Positions 10,082 to 21,848 of a stretch of 64,000 nucleotides of DNA are shown one piece after another. Below the pieces are notes generated by a model. It was not told where the DNA came from. It saw only the letters and a list, made by a program, of their open reading frames with translations, and did not search any database. The stretch spans positions 25,858 through 89,857 of the forward strand of contig CAZWIJ010000006.1 in assembly GCA_964633865.1 (NCBI GenBank), written 5' to 3'. A program made the translations under genes and the position numbers. This stretch comes from an uncultured Candidatus Saccharibacteria bacterium. GTDB taxonomy: Bacteria; Patescibacteriota; Minisyncoccia; SW-4-49-11. How positions within the stretch are numbered: position 1 is the first letter of the stretch; every line of letters starts with the position of its first letter.

Positions 10082-12172
10082 ATGAAAAAAGAACTTAAAA
10101 AAGATAATTTAAAAAAAAGAAGGAATAAAGGGTTTACATTATTAGAGATATTATTAGTAATAGCAGCAATAGGAATATTAGCAGGAATAGTAATAGTCGC
10201 AATAAATCCATTGAGACAAATAGCAAAAGTAAGACAAGCAGAGAGAGCAAGTGAGATAAATCAATTAAACAAAGCAATAGAGCAATATAATATAGCAGAA
10301 GGTAAATATCCAGATGCATTAACAATAGGAATAACAGAAGGAGAATATAGAGAGATATGTAATACAGGTAAATTAGATAGTGAAGCAGATTTAGTAGCAG
10401 AAGGAATAGATTGTAGTGATGATGGAGAAGGAAATGCATTATTAGACTTAAGAGTTTTAGTACCAACATATGTAGCAGAAATACCAAAAGATTCTGGATT
10501 ACAGTTTGGAATCGGAGAGAATATAATATATAAAATAGCAGAAGCAGCAGGAATAGATAGAACAGGATATTTGATAGGAGTACATCCAGAGAATAAAAAG
10601 GTAAGTATAAAAACAATAGAACCAGATATAAATGGAAATCCAATAGCACTAAATCCAATAGAAACACCAGATGGAGGAGGAGGTGGTGGAGACCCATTAT
10701 CTCCATCAGCCCCATGGGCTCCAATATTTGCGAAGTCACTTGGTAGTGAATTTAATGATGCAACAAACGACCTTGTAGTTGATAATCTTGGAAATAGCTA
10801 TATTATAGGTTCTTATAGTGGGAATCCATTCACATTTGGTAATGATATAAATTCCAATCCAATATCTATATCTCCTATAGGTAATATAAGTTCTTTTATA
10901 GCAAAATATGATAGTACGGGAGATCTAATTTGGGTAAAAAATATAGGAGGTACGAATGGAGAAGATAATGTAAGAAGTATAACTCTAGATAGTTCAAATA
11001 ATATTTATATTACAGGAGGATTTGGTTCATCCACACTTCCTTTAGGAAATGATATAAATAGTAATCCGATTACCCTAACAAATTCTGGGGCATCATTAGA
11101 CATTTTTATAATAAAATATAATTCGAATGGAGATTTAATATGGGGTAAAAGTTCTGGAAGTGCAGGTAGATCTGATATGGGAAATAGTATAGAATCTGAT
11201 TCTAGTGGTAATATTTATATAACTGGACAATATGCTTCTACAACACTAACCTTAGGAGAGGGAGGGAATCAAGTTAATTTGACTAATGCTGGTATATATA
11301 ATGATATATTTACTGCAAAATATGATACAGATGGAAATCTTTTATGGGCAAAGACTGCAGGTGGTACAGGATTCATTGATAATGGAGATAAATTAAGTGT
11401 AGATGATAGTGGAAATGTATATGTAGTAGGAACCTATAATTCTGCAACATTAAGTTTCGGTAATGATATAAATTCCAATCCAATATCTATATCTCCTATA
11501 GGTAATATAAGTTCTTTTATAGCAAAATATAATAGTACAGGAGATCTGCTATGGGCAAAAAAAATTGGAGGAAATGGTCCAGATGATATAAGAGGTATAA
11601 AAGTAGATTCTATAGGGAATTTATATATAGTAGGAATGTATAGATCTAATATATTAAGTTTTGGAAATGATATAAATGACAACCCAGTAAATCTAACTAA
11701 GACTGATGCTGACGATGCATTTATTGCAAGATATAATATTGATGGAGATTTAATTTGGTCAATCAATATTACTGGTTCAGGTGACCAACATGCAATATCA
11801 GTAGACATTGATAGTCAAAATAATATTTATATCACAGGATTTTTAGCAAATACTATAAATCTTGGAAATGATTTAGATAGTACCCCAGTTAATTTAACAA
11901 GTTTAGGTTATGCTAATGGATATATTGCAAAATACAATAATCTTGGTCAAGTGTTGAATTCTAAACTTATAAGTTCTGATTCTAGATCTGAAGGACAATT
12001 ATTATATGTCGGGTCGACTGGAGATGTTCATTTAGTAGGAATATTTAATTCATATCAATTAGATCTTGGAAATGATATAAATGAAAACCCATTATCAATA
12101 TTTAATCAAGGAGGAAATCCAGAAGGATATTCAGATGAAATATTCTTATTCAAATTAAATAAAGATTTTTAA
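10082..12172 (+). CDS. type IV pilin-like protein fused to SBBP-type beta-propeller repeats
   Basis: KGFTLLEILLVIAAIGI prepilin motif; conserved pilin module to ~aa 200; poly-Gly linker; repeated (S/D)SSGNIYITG...GDLIW.K units typical of SBBP beta-propeller repeat. Confidence 0.7.
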   Translation: MKKELKKDNLKKRRNKGFTLLEILLVIAAIGILAGIVIVAINPLRQIAKVRQAERASEINQLNKAIEQYNIAEGKYPDALTIGITEGEYREICNTGKLDSEADLVAEGIDCSDDGEGNALLDLRVLVPTYVAEIPKDSGLQFGIGENIIYKIAEAAGIDRTGYLIGVHPENKKVSIKTIEPDINGNPIALNPIETPDGGGGGGDPLSPSAPWAPIFAKSLGSEFNDATNDLVVDNLGNSYIIGSYSGNPFTFGNDINSNPISISPIGNISSFIAKYDSTGDLIWVKNIGGTNGEDNVRSITLDSSNNIYITGGFGSSTLPLGNDINSNPITLTNSGASLDIFIIKYNSNGDLIWGKSSGSAGRSDMGNSIESDSSGNIYITGQYASTTLTLGEGGNQVNLTNAGIYNDIFTAKYDTDGNLLWAKTAGGTGFIDNGDKLSVDDSGNVYVVGTYNSATLSFGNDINSNPISISPIGNISSFIAKYNSTGDLLWAKKIGGNGPDDIRGIKVDSIGNLYIVGMYRSNILSFGNDINDNPVNLTKTDADDAFIARYNIDGDLIWSINITGSGDQHAISVDIDSQNNIYITGFLANTINLGNDLDSTPVNLTSLGYANGYIAKYNNLGQVLNSKLISSDSRSEGQLLYVGSTGDVHLVGIFNSYQLDLGNDINENPLSIFNQGGNPEGYSDEIFLFKLNKDF

Positions 12173-12197
12173 TTAATTTTAATTTTTCATTAAAAAA

Positions 12198-12233
12198 ACA
12201 AGGGTAAACTTATAAATTTACCCTTGTTTTTTT
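12198..12233 (+). terminator. rho-independent terminator
   Basis: acaagggtaaa / tttacccttgt 11-bp stem followed by T-run, directly after pilin-fusion stop. Confidence 0.6.
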
Positions 12234-12293
12234 ATAAAATATGGTATGAATTTATTTGTATATCAATAAATTAAAAATTTCTCTAAAAAACCC

Positions 12294-12323
12294 TTGACAA
12301 TGTTTTTAATATAATGTAAACTA
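12294..12323 (+). promoter_or_regulatory. candidate sigma70 promoter of 23S-5S operon (TTGACA-18-TAAACT; alternative TATAAT at 12310 with short spacer)
   Basis: Consensus -35 hexamer ~230 nt upstream of 23S 5' end in an otherwise ORF-free leader. Confidence 0.4.
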
Positions 12324-12525
12324 TTACTTGTACCCACAAGAACATTCAGAAAAACAGCCTTTAAAAATTTGGAAATAGTGATGAGCCTCTTATATAATTA
12401 TATATGAGTTTTATCAGCTATAGCTATAATAAAGAGGGATCTTTAACAATTTAATTTAGGTAAAAATGCAATTTTACTTTAACTTTAACCAAAAAAAAGT
12501 GAATCAGAGTCTAAAAAGACGAGTT

Positions 12526-15512
<2,987 letters not shown>

Positions 15513-15640
15513 CTTTTTTGACATTGATTCACTAAATGTGAACTATAAAGTCAAAGTAAAAATTTACCTAAATTAAATTTAAAGTTCTAAGCTCAAAATT
15601 ACTAACCATATAGAGTAAAATCTGTATGGTTGGTGATAAA

Positions 15641-15757
15641 AATGTCTTTGTGATTTATTATAAAGGGGTACACCTGAAACATTCCGAACTCAGAAGTTAA
15701 GCCTTTATAAGTCGATGATACTCTTTATGGGGAAAGTAGATTATTGCAAAGACATTT
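15641..15757 (+). rRNA. rrf: 5S ribosomal RNA
   Basis: cctgaaacattccgaactcagaagttaagc matches the 5S helix III/loop C consensus (CCGAACTCAGAAGTGAAAC); terminal helix atgtctttg / caaagacat. Confidence 0.7.
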
Positions 15758-15858
15758 TTGTTTTTGAAACATATAAACTAAAATATATTCTCTTTGAGTT
15801 ATAATAATATTAAATATATGATATAATAGAAATATATTTTTAATATAAATTTTATTTT

Positions 15859-17589
15859 ATGAAAGTAGTACAAAAATTTATAAAGTATTTTGAATCAAAA
15901 GATCATATTATTGTTAAGTCATCATCATTATTACCTGAAGGTGATAACTCTGTTTTATTGACAACAGCAGGGATGCAACAATTTAAACCATATTATTTGG
16001 GTAAGCCTAGTCCTTATGGAAATAGAGTAGCTAGTATCCAAAAATGTATTAGAGTAGATGATATAGAAGAGATTGGAGATAATACCCATCTTACTTTTTT
16101 TGAGATGTTAGGCAATTTTTCTTTTAATTATAATAGTGGAAAAGGAAGTTATTTTAAAGCTGAAGCTATTCGATTTGGGTATGAATTCATAGCTGAGTAT
16201 CTTAATCTAAAAATAGACTATGTCACTATCTTCGCTGGAGATGATATTTCACCAAAGGATACTGAATCACAAGATATTTGGAAAGATTTATTTAAAGAAA
16301 AAAATGTAAAGATAGATATAAGAGAGTATGGAAGAGAAGATAATTTTTGGGGACCTACTGGTTCTGAAGGGCCTTGTGGACCTACAACTGAAATTTATGT
16401 TAATGATGTTGAAATATGGAACATTGTATTTAATCAATATTATTCTAATTTAGATAAAAGTTTGGTTAATCTAGAAAATCAAGGTATTGATACGGGAGGT
16501 GGTTTAGAAAGAATATTGACTTATTATGAAGGTGTAGACTCTATGTATGATACAACTTATTTTAAACCAATTTTAGTTCATGTTCAAGATTTTCTACCAG
16601 ATTTAATTTTAGAAAAACAAAGAATAATTTTAGATCATACGAGGGCTAGTTTGTTTTTGATTTCTGATGGTATTTTACCTTCTAATAAAGAACAAGGATA
16701 TATCTTAAGAAGGCTATTGAGAAAAATTTTAAGTTTATTTTCTAATAAAGAAAAAGGTCTTGAAGAAATATTTGTTATTTCATCAAAAATTAGAGATTTA
16801 TATAAAGATAGATATTCTGAACTAGAATTATCACAAAATATTTATAAAAATATTGTAGAAGAAGAATATATTCTTTTTCGTGATGCTCTAAAACAAGGAA
16901 TGAGATATGCTAATAAAATATTAAAGAAAAAAAGAATTCAAAGAATGTCAGGAGAAGAAGCTTTCTTATTGAGTGCTACATATGGTCTTTCTACTGAAGT
17001 AATGAAATTGCAAGGATTAGATTTTGATGAAAAAGAGTTAGAATTGAAGAAAAAAGAGCACCAGGAAATATCTAAAGCTGGAGCAAATAAGAAATTTGGT
17101 GGACATGGTTTATTGTTAGATAATGGAGAGTTGAAAGCCTCAAATGAAGAAGAGTTAAAAATTGTGACTAGACTTCATAGTGTAACACATTTATTACAAA
17201 AAGCTTTAAGAGAAGTATTGGGGGCTACTGTAATTCAAAAAGGTTCTGATATTACAGCTGAGAGAACAAGATTTGATTTTACATTTGATAGAAAAATGAC
17301 TGATGAAGAAAAAAAACAAGTAGAAGATTTGGTTAATTCTTATATTAAGCTTGGATTAGATGTGAAAATTGATACGATGTCCCTTGAAGAAGCCAAAAAA
17401 ACGGATGCTCTATATTTGCCAAATAGAAATTATCCGGATAAAGTCAATGTTTATAAATTTGGTGAGATTTCCAAAGAATTTTGTGGAGGCCCTCATGTTT
17501 TGAATACTAAAGAGATTGGTAAATTTTATATTAAGAAAGAAGAGGCTGTAGCAAGTGGAGTAAGAAGAATTAGAGGAGTTATAGAATAA
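15859..17589 (+). CDS. alaS: alanine--tRNA ligase (compact form)
   Basis: Class II AlaRS catalytic-core N-terminus (LLTTAGMQQFKPYYLG...QKCIRVDDIEEIG.NTHLTFFEMLGNFSF), editing-domain HxxxH (HSVTHLL) and CGGPH zinc motif; only 576 aa. Confidence 0.7.
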   Translation: MKVVQKFIKYFESKDHIIVKSSSLLPEGDNSVLLTTAGMQQFKPYYLGKPSPYGNRVASIQKCIRVDDIEEIGDNTHLTFFEMLGNFSFNYNSGKGSYFKAEAIRFGYEFIAEYLNLKIDYVTIFAGDDISPKDTESQDIWKDLFKEKNVKIDIREYGREDNFWGPTGSEGPCGPTTEIYVNDVEIWNIVFNQYYSNLDKSLVNLENQGIDTGGGLERILTYYEGVDSMYDTTYFKPILVHVQDFLPDLILEKQRIILDHTRASLFLISDGILPSNKEQGYILRRLLRKILSLFSNKEKGLEEIFVISSKIRDLYKDRYSELELSQNIYKNIVEEEYILFRDALKQGMRYANKILKKKRIQRMSGEEAFLLSATYGLSTEVMKLQGLDFDEKELELKKKEHQEISKAGANKKFGGHGLLLDNGELKASNEEELKIVTRLHSVTHLLQKALREVLGATVIQKGSDITAERTRFDFTFDRKMTDEEKKQVEDLVNSYIKLGLDVKIDTMSLEEAKKTDALYLPNRNYPDKVNVYKFGEISKEFCGGPHVLNTKEIGKFYIKKEEAVASGVRRIRGVIE

Positions 17590-17594
17590 TTCAT

Positions 17595-18182
17595 ATGTTA
17601 AATAAAAAATTAATAATATTAAGAAAGACATTACATTTAGCTCTACTGGGACCTTTTTCAATTTATTGGTATCTAAGATTTATACTGAGTAATGAAATAT
17701 ATGCTAATTATTTTATAGTAACTACTTTAATATTATTTTTTATATATGAATATATTCGGTTAGATTTAAATAAAAAAATAATTTTTTATACCCTAGTGAA
17801 AGAAAAAGAAAAAAATAATCCAGTCGATGGTTTAAATCTTTTAATTTCAGGAATTTTAGTAAGTTTACTTTTTGAACCGAGAATATCAATTTTAGTAATT
17901 CTTATCGCAATAATAGGAGATACAGTTGCTACACTAGGAGGTCTTTATGGTAAAAATAAAGTTTTTAAGGAGAGTAATAATAAAACAACATATGAAGGAC
18001 TAATCCTAACTTTTCTAGTAAATTTAATTTTATCAGTAATAATTTTGAAATTTATTTGGATTAGTGTTATAATATCATTAATGGCTGTTATTATAGAATC
18101 AATGGTTCAAAAAATAGATGATAATTTAGTAGTTCCAATTCTAACAGGTTATATAGCACATATTTTAATAAATATAAATTAA
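17595..18182 (+). CDS. hypothetical polytopic membrane protein
   Basis: 195 aa, 5-6 hydrophobic segments; family not recognisable. Confidence 0.3.
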   Translation: MLNKKLIILRKTLHLALLGPFSIYWYLRFILSNEIYANYFIVTTLILFFIYEYIRLDLNKKIIFYTLVKEKEKNNPVDGLNLLISGILVSLLFEPRISILVILIAIIGDTVATLGGLYGKNKVFKESNNKTTYEGLILTFLVNLILSVIILKFIWISVIISLMAVIIESMVQKIDDNLVVPILTGYIAHILININ

Positions 18183-18194
18183 CTAAATAATAGT

Positions 18195-19382
18195 ATGTTT
18201 TTCCAAAAAAAAATAAATAAAACTCCTATAGTTGTTGATATAGGTTCTAATGAAATCAAAGTAATAAAATATAATTATGATGAAAAAGTTAATAATATAG
18301 ATATCGTTGGATATGGTAATTTTAATACTCCTAAAAACTGTATTTTAAATGGTGTTATTAAAGAAAGTACACCTATATCAGAAGCAATTAGATCAGCTTA
18401 TATAGAAGCAAGAAATAAAGATGATGAAGAGGATCTAGTTATAGGCTTATCAGGAATTATGATAGATATTGAAAAAAAAGTTATTAATATAAAAAGACCT
18501 AAACCAGAATCTAAAATCTCTACTAAAGAATGGAATGCTATTTTAGAAGGAATAGAATCTGAGATGGATAAACAAGAATATAAATCGAATATCCTCCATA
18601 ATATTCAGATGGAGCTTTTCCAGAGTTCAATAGAAAATATTAATATAGATGATAGAAAGACATTTACTCCAATTGGAGAAATTGGTAGAGAGATTTCTAT
18701 AGATCTATTCAATGCTTATTATCCAGAGGAAAATGCAATTATGTTATCAAAAATATCAGAAGATTTAAATATGCCCATTGAAGCTATTTTTCACTCTTCT
18801 TATGGAGTAGGGCAGATTTTGATAGATAATCACCCTAAAAATAATCCTAGTATGATATTAGTAGATATAGGTTCTACTCATACAGATGTTACAATTTTAA
18901 ATGAAGGAAGTATTGATAAAGTAAGAAGCTTTAGTATAGGAGGAGATGTGTTTACTGCGAAATTATCTAAAGAATTAGAAGTTTCATTTGATGAAGCTGA
19001 GGTTTTAAAAAAGGAATATTCAGATGCTAAATTACCTAAAAAAATTACAGAAAAAATAACAGATATGTTAAAATCAGAAAGAGAATTATTGTTAGAAGGT
19101 ATAAATATTGTTCTTAATGATTTACCACCAACTTATATATTGCCAGACCATATAGTTTTGTTTGGAGGAGGGAGCCTTTTGTTAGGTATAAAAGAAATGG
19201 TGGAGTACAGTAATTGGTATAAAAAAATGAAGTTTACTCAAAGGCCTAAAGTTTCTATTTTTTATCCTAAAATATTGTCTCATATTATAGATAATACAAA
19301 CAGAGATATAAATACTCCAAGTATAACTCCTTTATTAGGATTAATTCACTTAGAAATATCGAAAAATAGGTTTAAATATTAA
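18195..19382 (+). CDS. actin-like ATPase of the FtsA/PilM family
   Basis: VVDIGSNEIKV... and VDIGSTHTDVTIL...FSIGGD phosphate-binding motifs in the order of the ASKHA fold. Confidence 0.5.
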   Translation: MFFQKKINKTPIVVDIGSNEIKVIKYNYDEKVNNIDIVGYGNFNTPKNCILNGVIKESTPISEAIRSAYIEARNKDDEEDLVIGLSGIMIDIEKKVINIKRPKPESKISTKEWNAILEGIESEMDKQEYKSNILHNIQMELFQSSIENINIDDRKTFTPIGEIGREISIDLFNAYYPEENAIMLSKISEDLNMPIEAIFHSSYGVGQILIDNHPKNNPSMILVDIGSTHTDVTILNEGSIDKVRSFSIGGDVFTAKLSKELEVSFDEAEVLKKEYSDAKLPKKITEKITDMLKSERELLLEGINIVLNDLPPTYILPDHIVLFGGGSLLLGIKEMVEYSNWYKKMKFTQRPKVSIFYPKILSHIIDNTNRDINTPSITPLLGLIHLEISKNRFKY

Positions 19383-19398
19383 TTTCAAAATAACTGTT

Positions 19399-20973
19399 AT
19401 GGATAATTTAAAAAACGAACACATAATATTAAGTAAAGGATTAAATTTATCTGAAATATTACTTACAATTAAAAAAGTAAGAAAAGATTCTTTTGTTGTT
19501 TATTTACCAGATTCTATGGAGATTTTATATAATCCAATAAATCTAAAAATATTTGTTAAAGAATTAAAATCAAACTTAAAAAATAAAAAAATAAATTTTT
19601 TTAGTACAGATTCACATTTAATTTCTTTGTTAAAAAGTGAGGGATTGGAAGCCCAAACTTCAGAATCAATTGATATTCCAAATGTTATTAATAAAGATAA
19701 AAGTGATTTAGGTGACTTTTTTAAGTTTGAAACACTTAACGAATTTGATGGAGAAAAAGATGCACTAATAAAAAAAGAAGATGATATAGATATTGTTAAA
19801 GAATTAGAAAGTTCATTTAAAGATGAAAATATAATTAAAACAAATAAAAAGAATAGATTAAGAGGGGTTTTTTATTTGATCGGCTTTATATTAATAATAG
19901 TGTTAGCTATATTTGGAACACTTTATTCTGCAAAAGCTAGTATAAAGTTATTTCCTAATACTACTTTTTTGACTAAAGAAATGGATTTAGTTTTTAATTT
20001 AAATAAAGATAATTTGACAGAAGATCAAATTTATGTAGAAGAAAAAAAAATAGAATCAGAAGTTGAGCTAGAAGTAAATTCTACAGGATCTCTTTCTAAT
20101 GATGGTACTAAAGCACAAGGAGAGGTTATTTTGAAAAATGAAACTAATAGTAATCAAACATTGGTAGACCAAACTAGATTATTATCAGAAGGCAATAAAA
20201 TATATAAAATATCAAAGAATATAACTATACCAGCAGATGGAGAAGTTAAAGTCACAATGATAGCTGAAAACTCTGGAAATGAATATAATATTCAATCAGG
20301 GAAACTTCTTATTCCTGGATTTGAAAAAGATAAAGAAAAATATGAAAAAATATATGCTATTTTAGATACTCCTATAAATAATGGATCATCTAATGGTCAA
20401 AAAGTTGTAACTGAAGATGATATAAATCAAGCTAAAATTCAACTAAAAGAAAACTTAGCTAAAGATTTAAATGAAAAAGCACTTGAAGTAGAAAAAGAAG
20501 GATTAAGTGTATTAGATATAGGTTCAACATTAAATGATATTGTATATACATTTGATGTTACTACTGGTCAACAAATTGATAAATTTACAATGAGAGCAAA
20601 ATCAAGCTTAACCTCTTTAGTTTATACAAATACAGAGGTGGAGGATTATATCAAAACTAATATAGAGAAAGAATTAGAGGAAAGACAGTCAATAATGCCT
20701 AGTATCAAAGTTGTATTTTCTTTACCGGATAGTATATCTGAAGATAAAATTATTAATTCTAAAGCAAACATAGATTATACAATAAGTGATAAAATTAATA
20801 CAGAAGAATTAAGTAAAAATTTTATATATAAAAATAAGTCATTTGTAGAAGATTTTCTAAATACTAATTATGACTTAAAAAACTATAATATAGAGTTAAC
20901 TCCATCATTCTTACCTATAATGCCTATATTAAGTGAAAATATAGTAGTTACTATTGAGGAAAATAATAATTAA
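19399..20973 (+). CDS. hypothetical bitopic membrane protein (cytoplasmic N-domain, single TM, large extracytoplasmic domain)
   Basis: 524 aa with one hydrophobic helix at ~aa 155-178; no recognisable family. Confidence 0.3.
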   Translation: MDNLKNEHIILSKGLNLSEILLTIKKVRKDSFVVYLPDSMEILYNPINLKIFVKELKSNLKNKKINFFSTDSHLISLLKSEGLEAQTSESIDIPNVINKDKSDLGDFFKFETLNEFDGEKDALIKKEDDIDIVKELESSFKDENIIKTNKKNRLRGVFYLIGFILIIVLAIFGTLYSAKASIKLFPNTTFLTKEMDLVFNLNKDNLTEDQIYVEEKKIESEVELEVNSTGSLSNDGTKAQGEVILKNETNSNQTLVDQTRLLSEGNKIYKISKNITIPADGEVKVTMIAENSGNEYNIQSGKLLIPGFEKDKEKYEKIYAILDTPINNGSSNGQKVVTEDDINQAKIQLKENLAKDLNEKALEVEKEGLSVLDIGSTLNDIVYTFDVTTGQQIDKFTMRAKSSLTSLVYTNTEVEDYIKTNIEKELEERQSIMPSIKVVFSLPDSISEDKIINSKANIDYTISDKINTEELSKNFIYKNKSFVEDFLNTNYDLKNYNIELTPSFLPIMPILSENIVVTIEENNN

Positions 20974-20978
20974 AATAT

Positions 20979-21398
20979 ATGGCAGATATAATTATTGGAT
21001 TAATATTTATAATAGTATTTATACTTATATTTATATTTCCAACAAAATTAGCTGAAATATTTGAAAATATGGGTATTTTAGATTTTGGATTAGAAAAAAG
21101 TGGTACTAGAAAGTTAACAACAATTAGATTAATAAGTTTAATTAGTATATTTATAACAATAGTTTTTGTTAGTGGGAAAACTGAACTCATAGTTGGTTTT
21201 ATAGGAGTTGTTATTGGATTTGTAACAATGAAATATTCTTTAGTAGTTCATAACATTATAGGTTCAGGTAAATGGTTTAAAGGTGATAATGGGATTAAGT
21301 TAGCTGGATTAATTATTTTATTAGTATCATTACTTTGGATGGTTGGTCTTTCTCAACAAATATTAGTAGACTTTACTGAAGATACATTTAGAAATTAA
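20979..21398 (+). CDS. hypothetical membrane protein
   Basis: 139 aa, 4 hydrophobic segments. Confidence 0.3.
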   Translation: MADIIIGLIFIIVFILIFIFPTKLAEIFENMGILDFGLEKSGTRKLTTIRLISLISIFITIVFVSGKTELIVGFIGVVIGFVTMKYSLVVHNIIGSGKWFKGDNGIKLAGLIILLVSLLWMVGLSQQILVDFTEDTFRN

Positions 21399-21458
21399 AT
21401 TTGATAAATTAATTCAAATAATATATAATTAATATATTACAATTAATAAAAAATAATT

Positions 21459-21836
21459 ATGGCAGATAATAAAAAAATATTGATAGTAGAAGATGATATT
21501 TTTTTGAGAGAAATTTGTAGTTACAAGTTAATCCAATCTAAATATAAAGTAGATATAGCATCAGATGGAGAAGAAGCTTTAGATATGATAACCAAAAACA
21601 AATATGACTTAGTTCTAATGGATATAATGATCCCAAAAAAAACAGGTTTAGAAGTTTTAGAAAAATATAATAAATTAAATAAAAATAATAACAAAACTCA
21701 ATTTATAATGCTAAGTAATTTGAGTGAGGATGATAATGTTAAAAAATCATATGATCTAGGAGTTATAGATTATATTATAAAAGTTAACACTTCTCCTTCA
21801 GATATATTACATAAAGTTAATTCAATATTAAACTAA
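21459..21836 (+). CDS. single-domain response regulator (CheY-like receiver)
   Basis: ILIVEDD...D(phospho-acceptor)LVLMDIMIPKKTGLEVL...receiver-domain pattern; paralogous to 45415-45792 (shared IMLSNLS...YDLGVIDYIIK motif). Confidence 0.7.
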   Translation: MADNKKILIVEDDIFLREICSYKLIQSKYKVDIASDGEEALDMITKNKYDLVLMDIMIPKKTGLEVLEKYNKLNKNNNKTQFIMLSNLSEDDNVKKSYDLGVIDYIIKVNTSPSDILHKVNSILN

Positions 21837-21848
21837 TTAAATAAAATT

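Noticed and set aside
10134-10739. 201-aa Leu-rich minus-strand ORF (and the similar minus-strand ORFs 7031-7228, 54017-54679, 54874-55938)
   Set aside because: These are antisense to the purine-rich pilin-module coding regions. Their Leu/Phe/Tyr-rich low-complexity translations are the mirror image of the GAA/GGA/AGA/ATA-rich sense strand, and none has a promoter or RBS. They are spurious.
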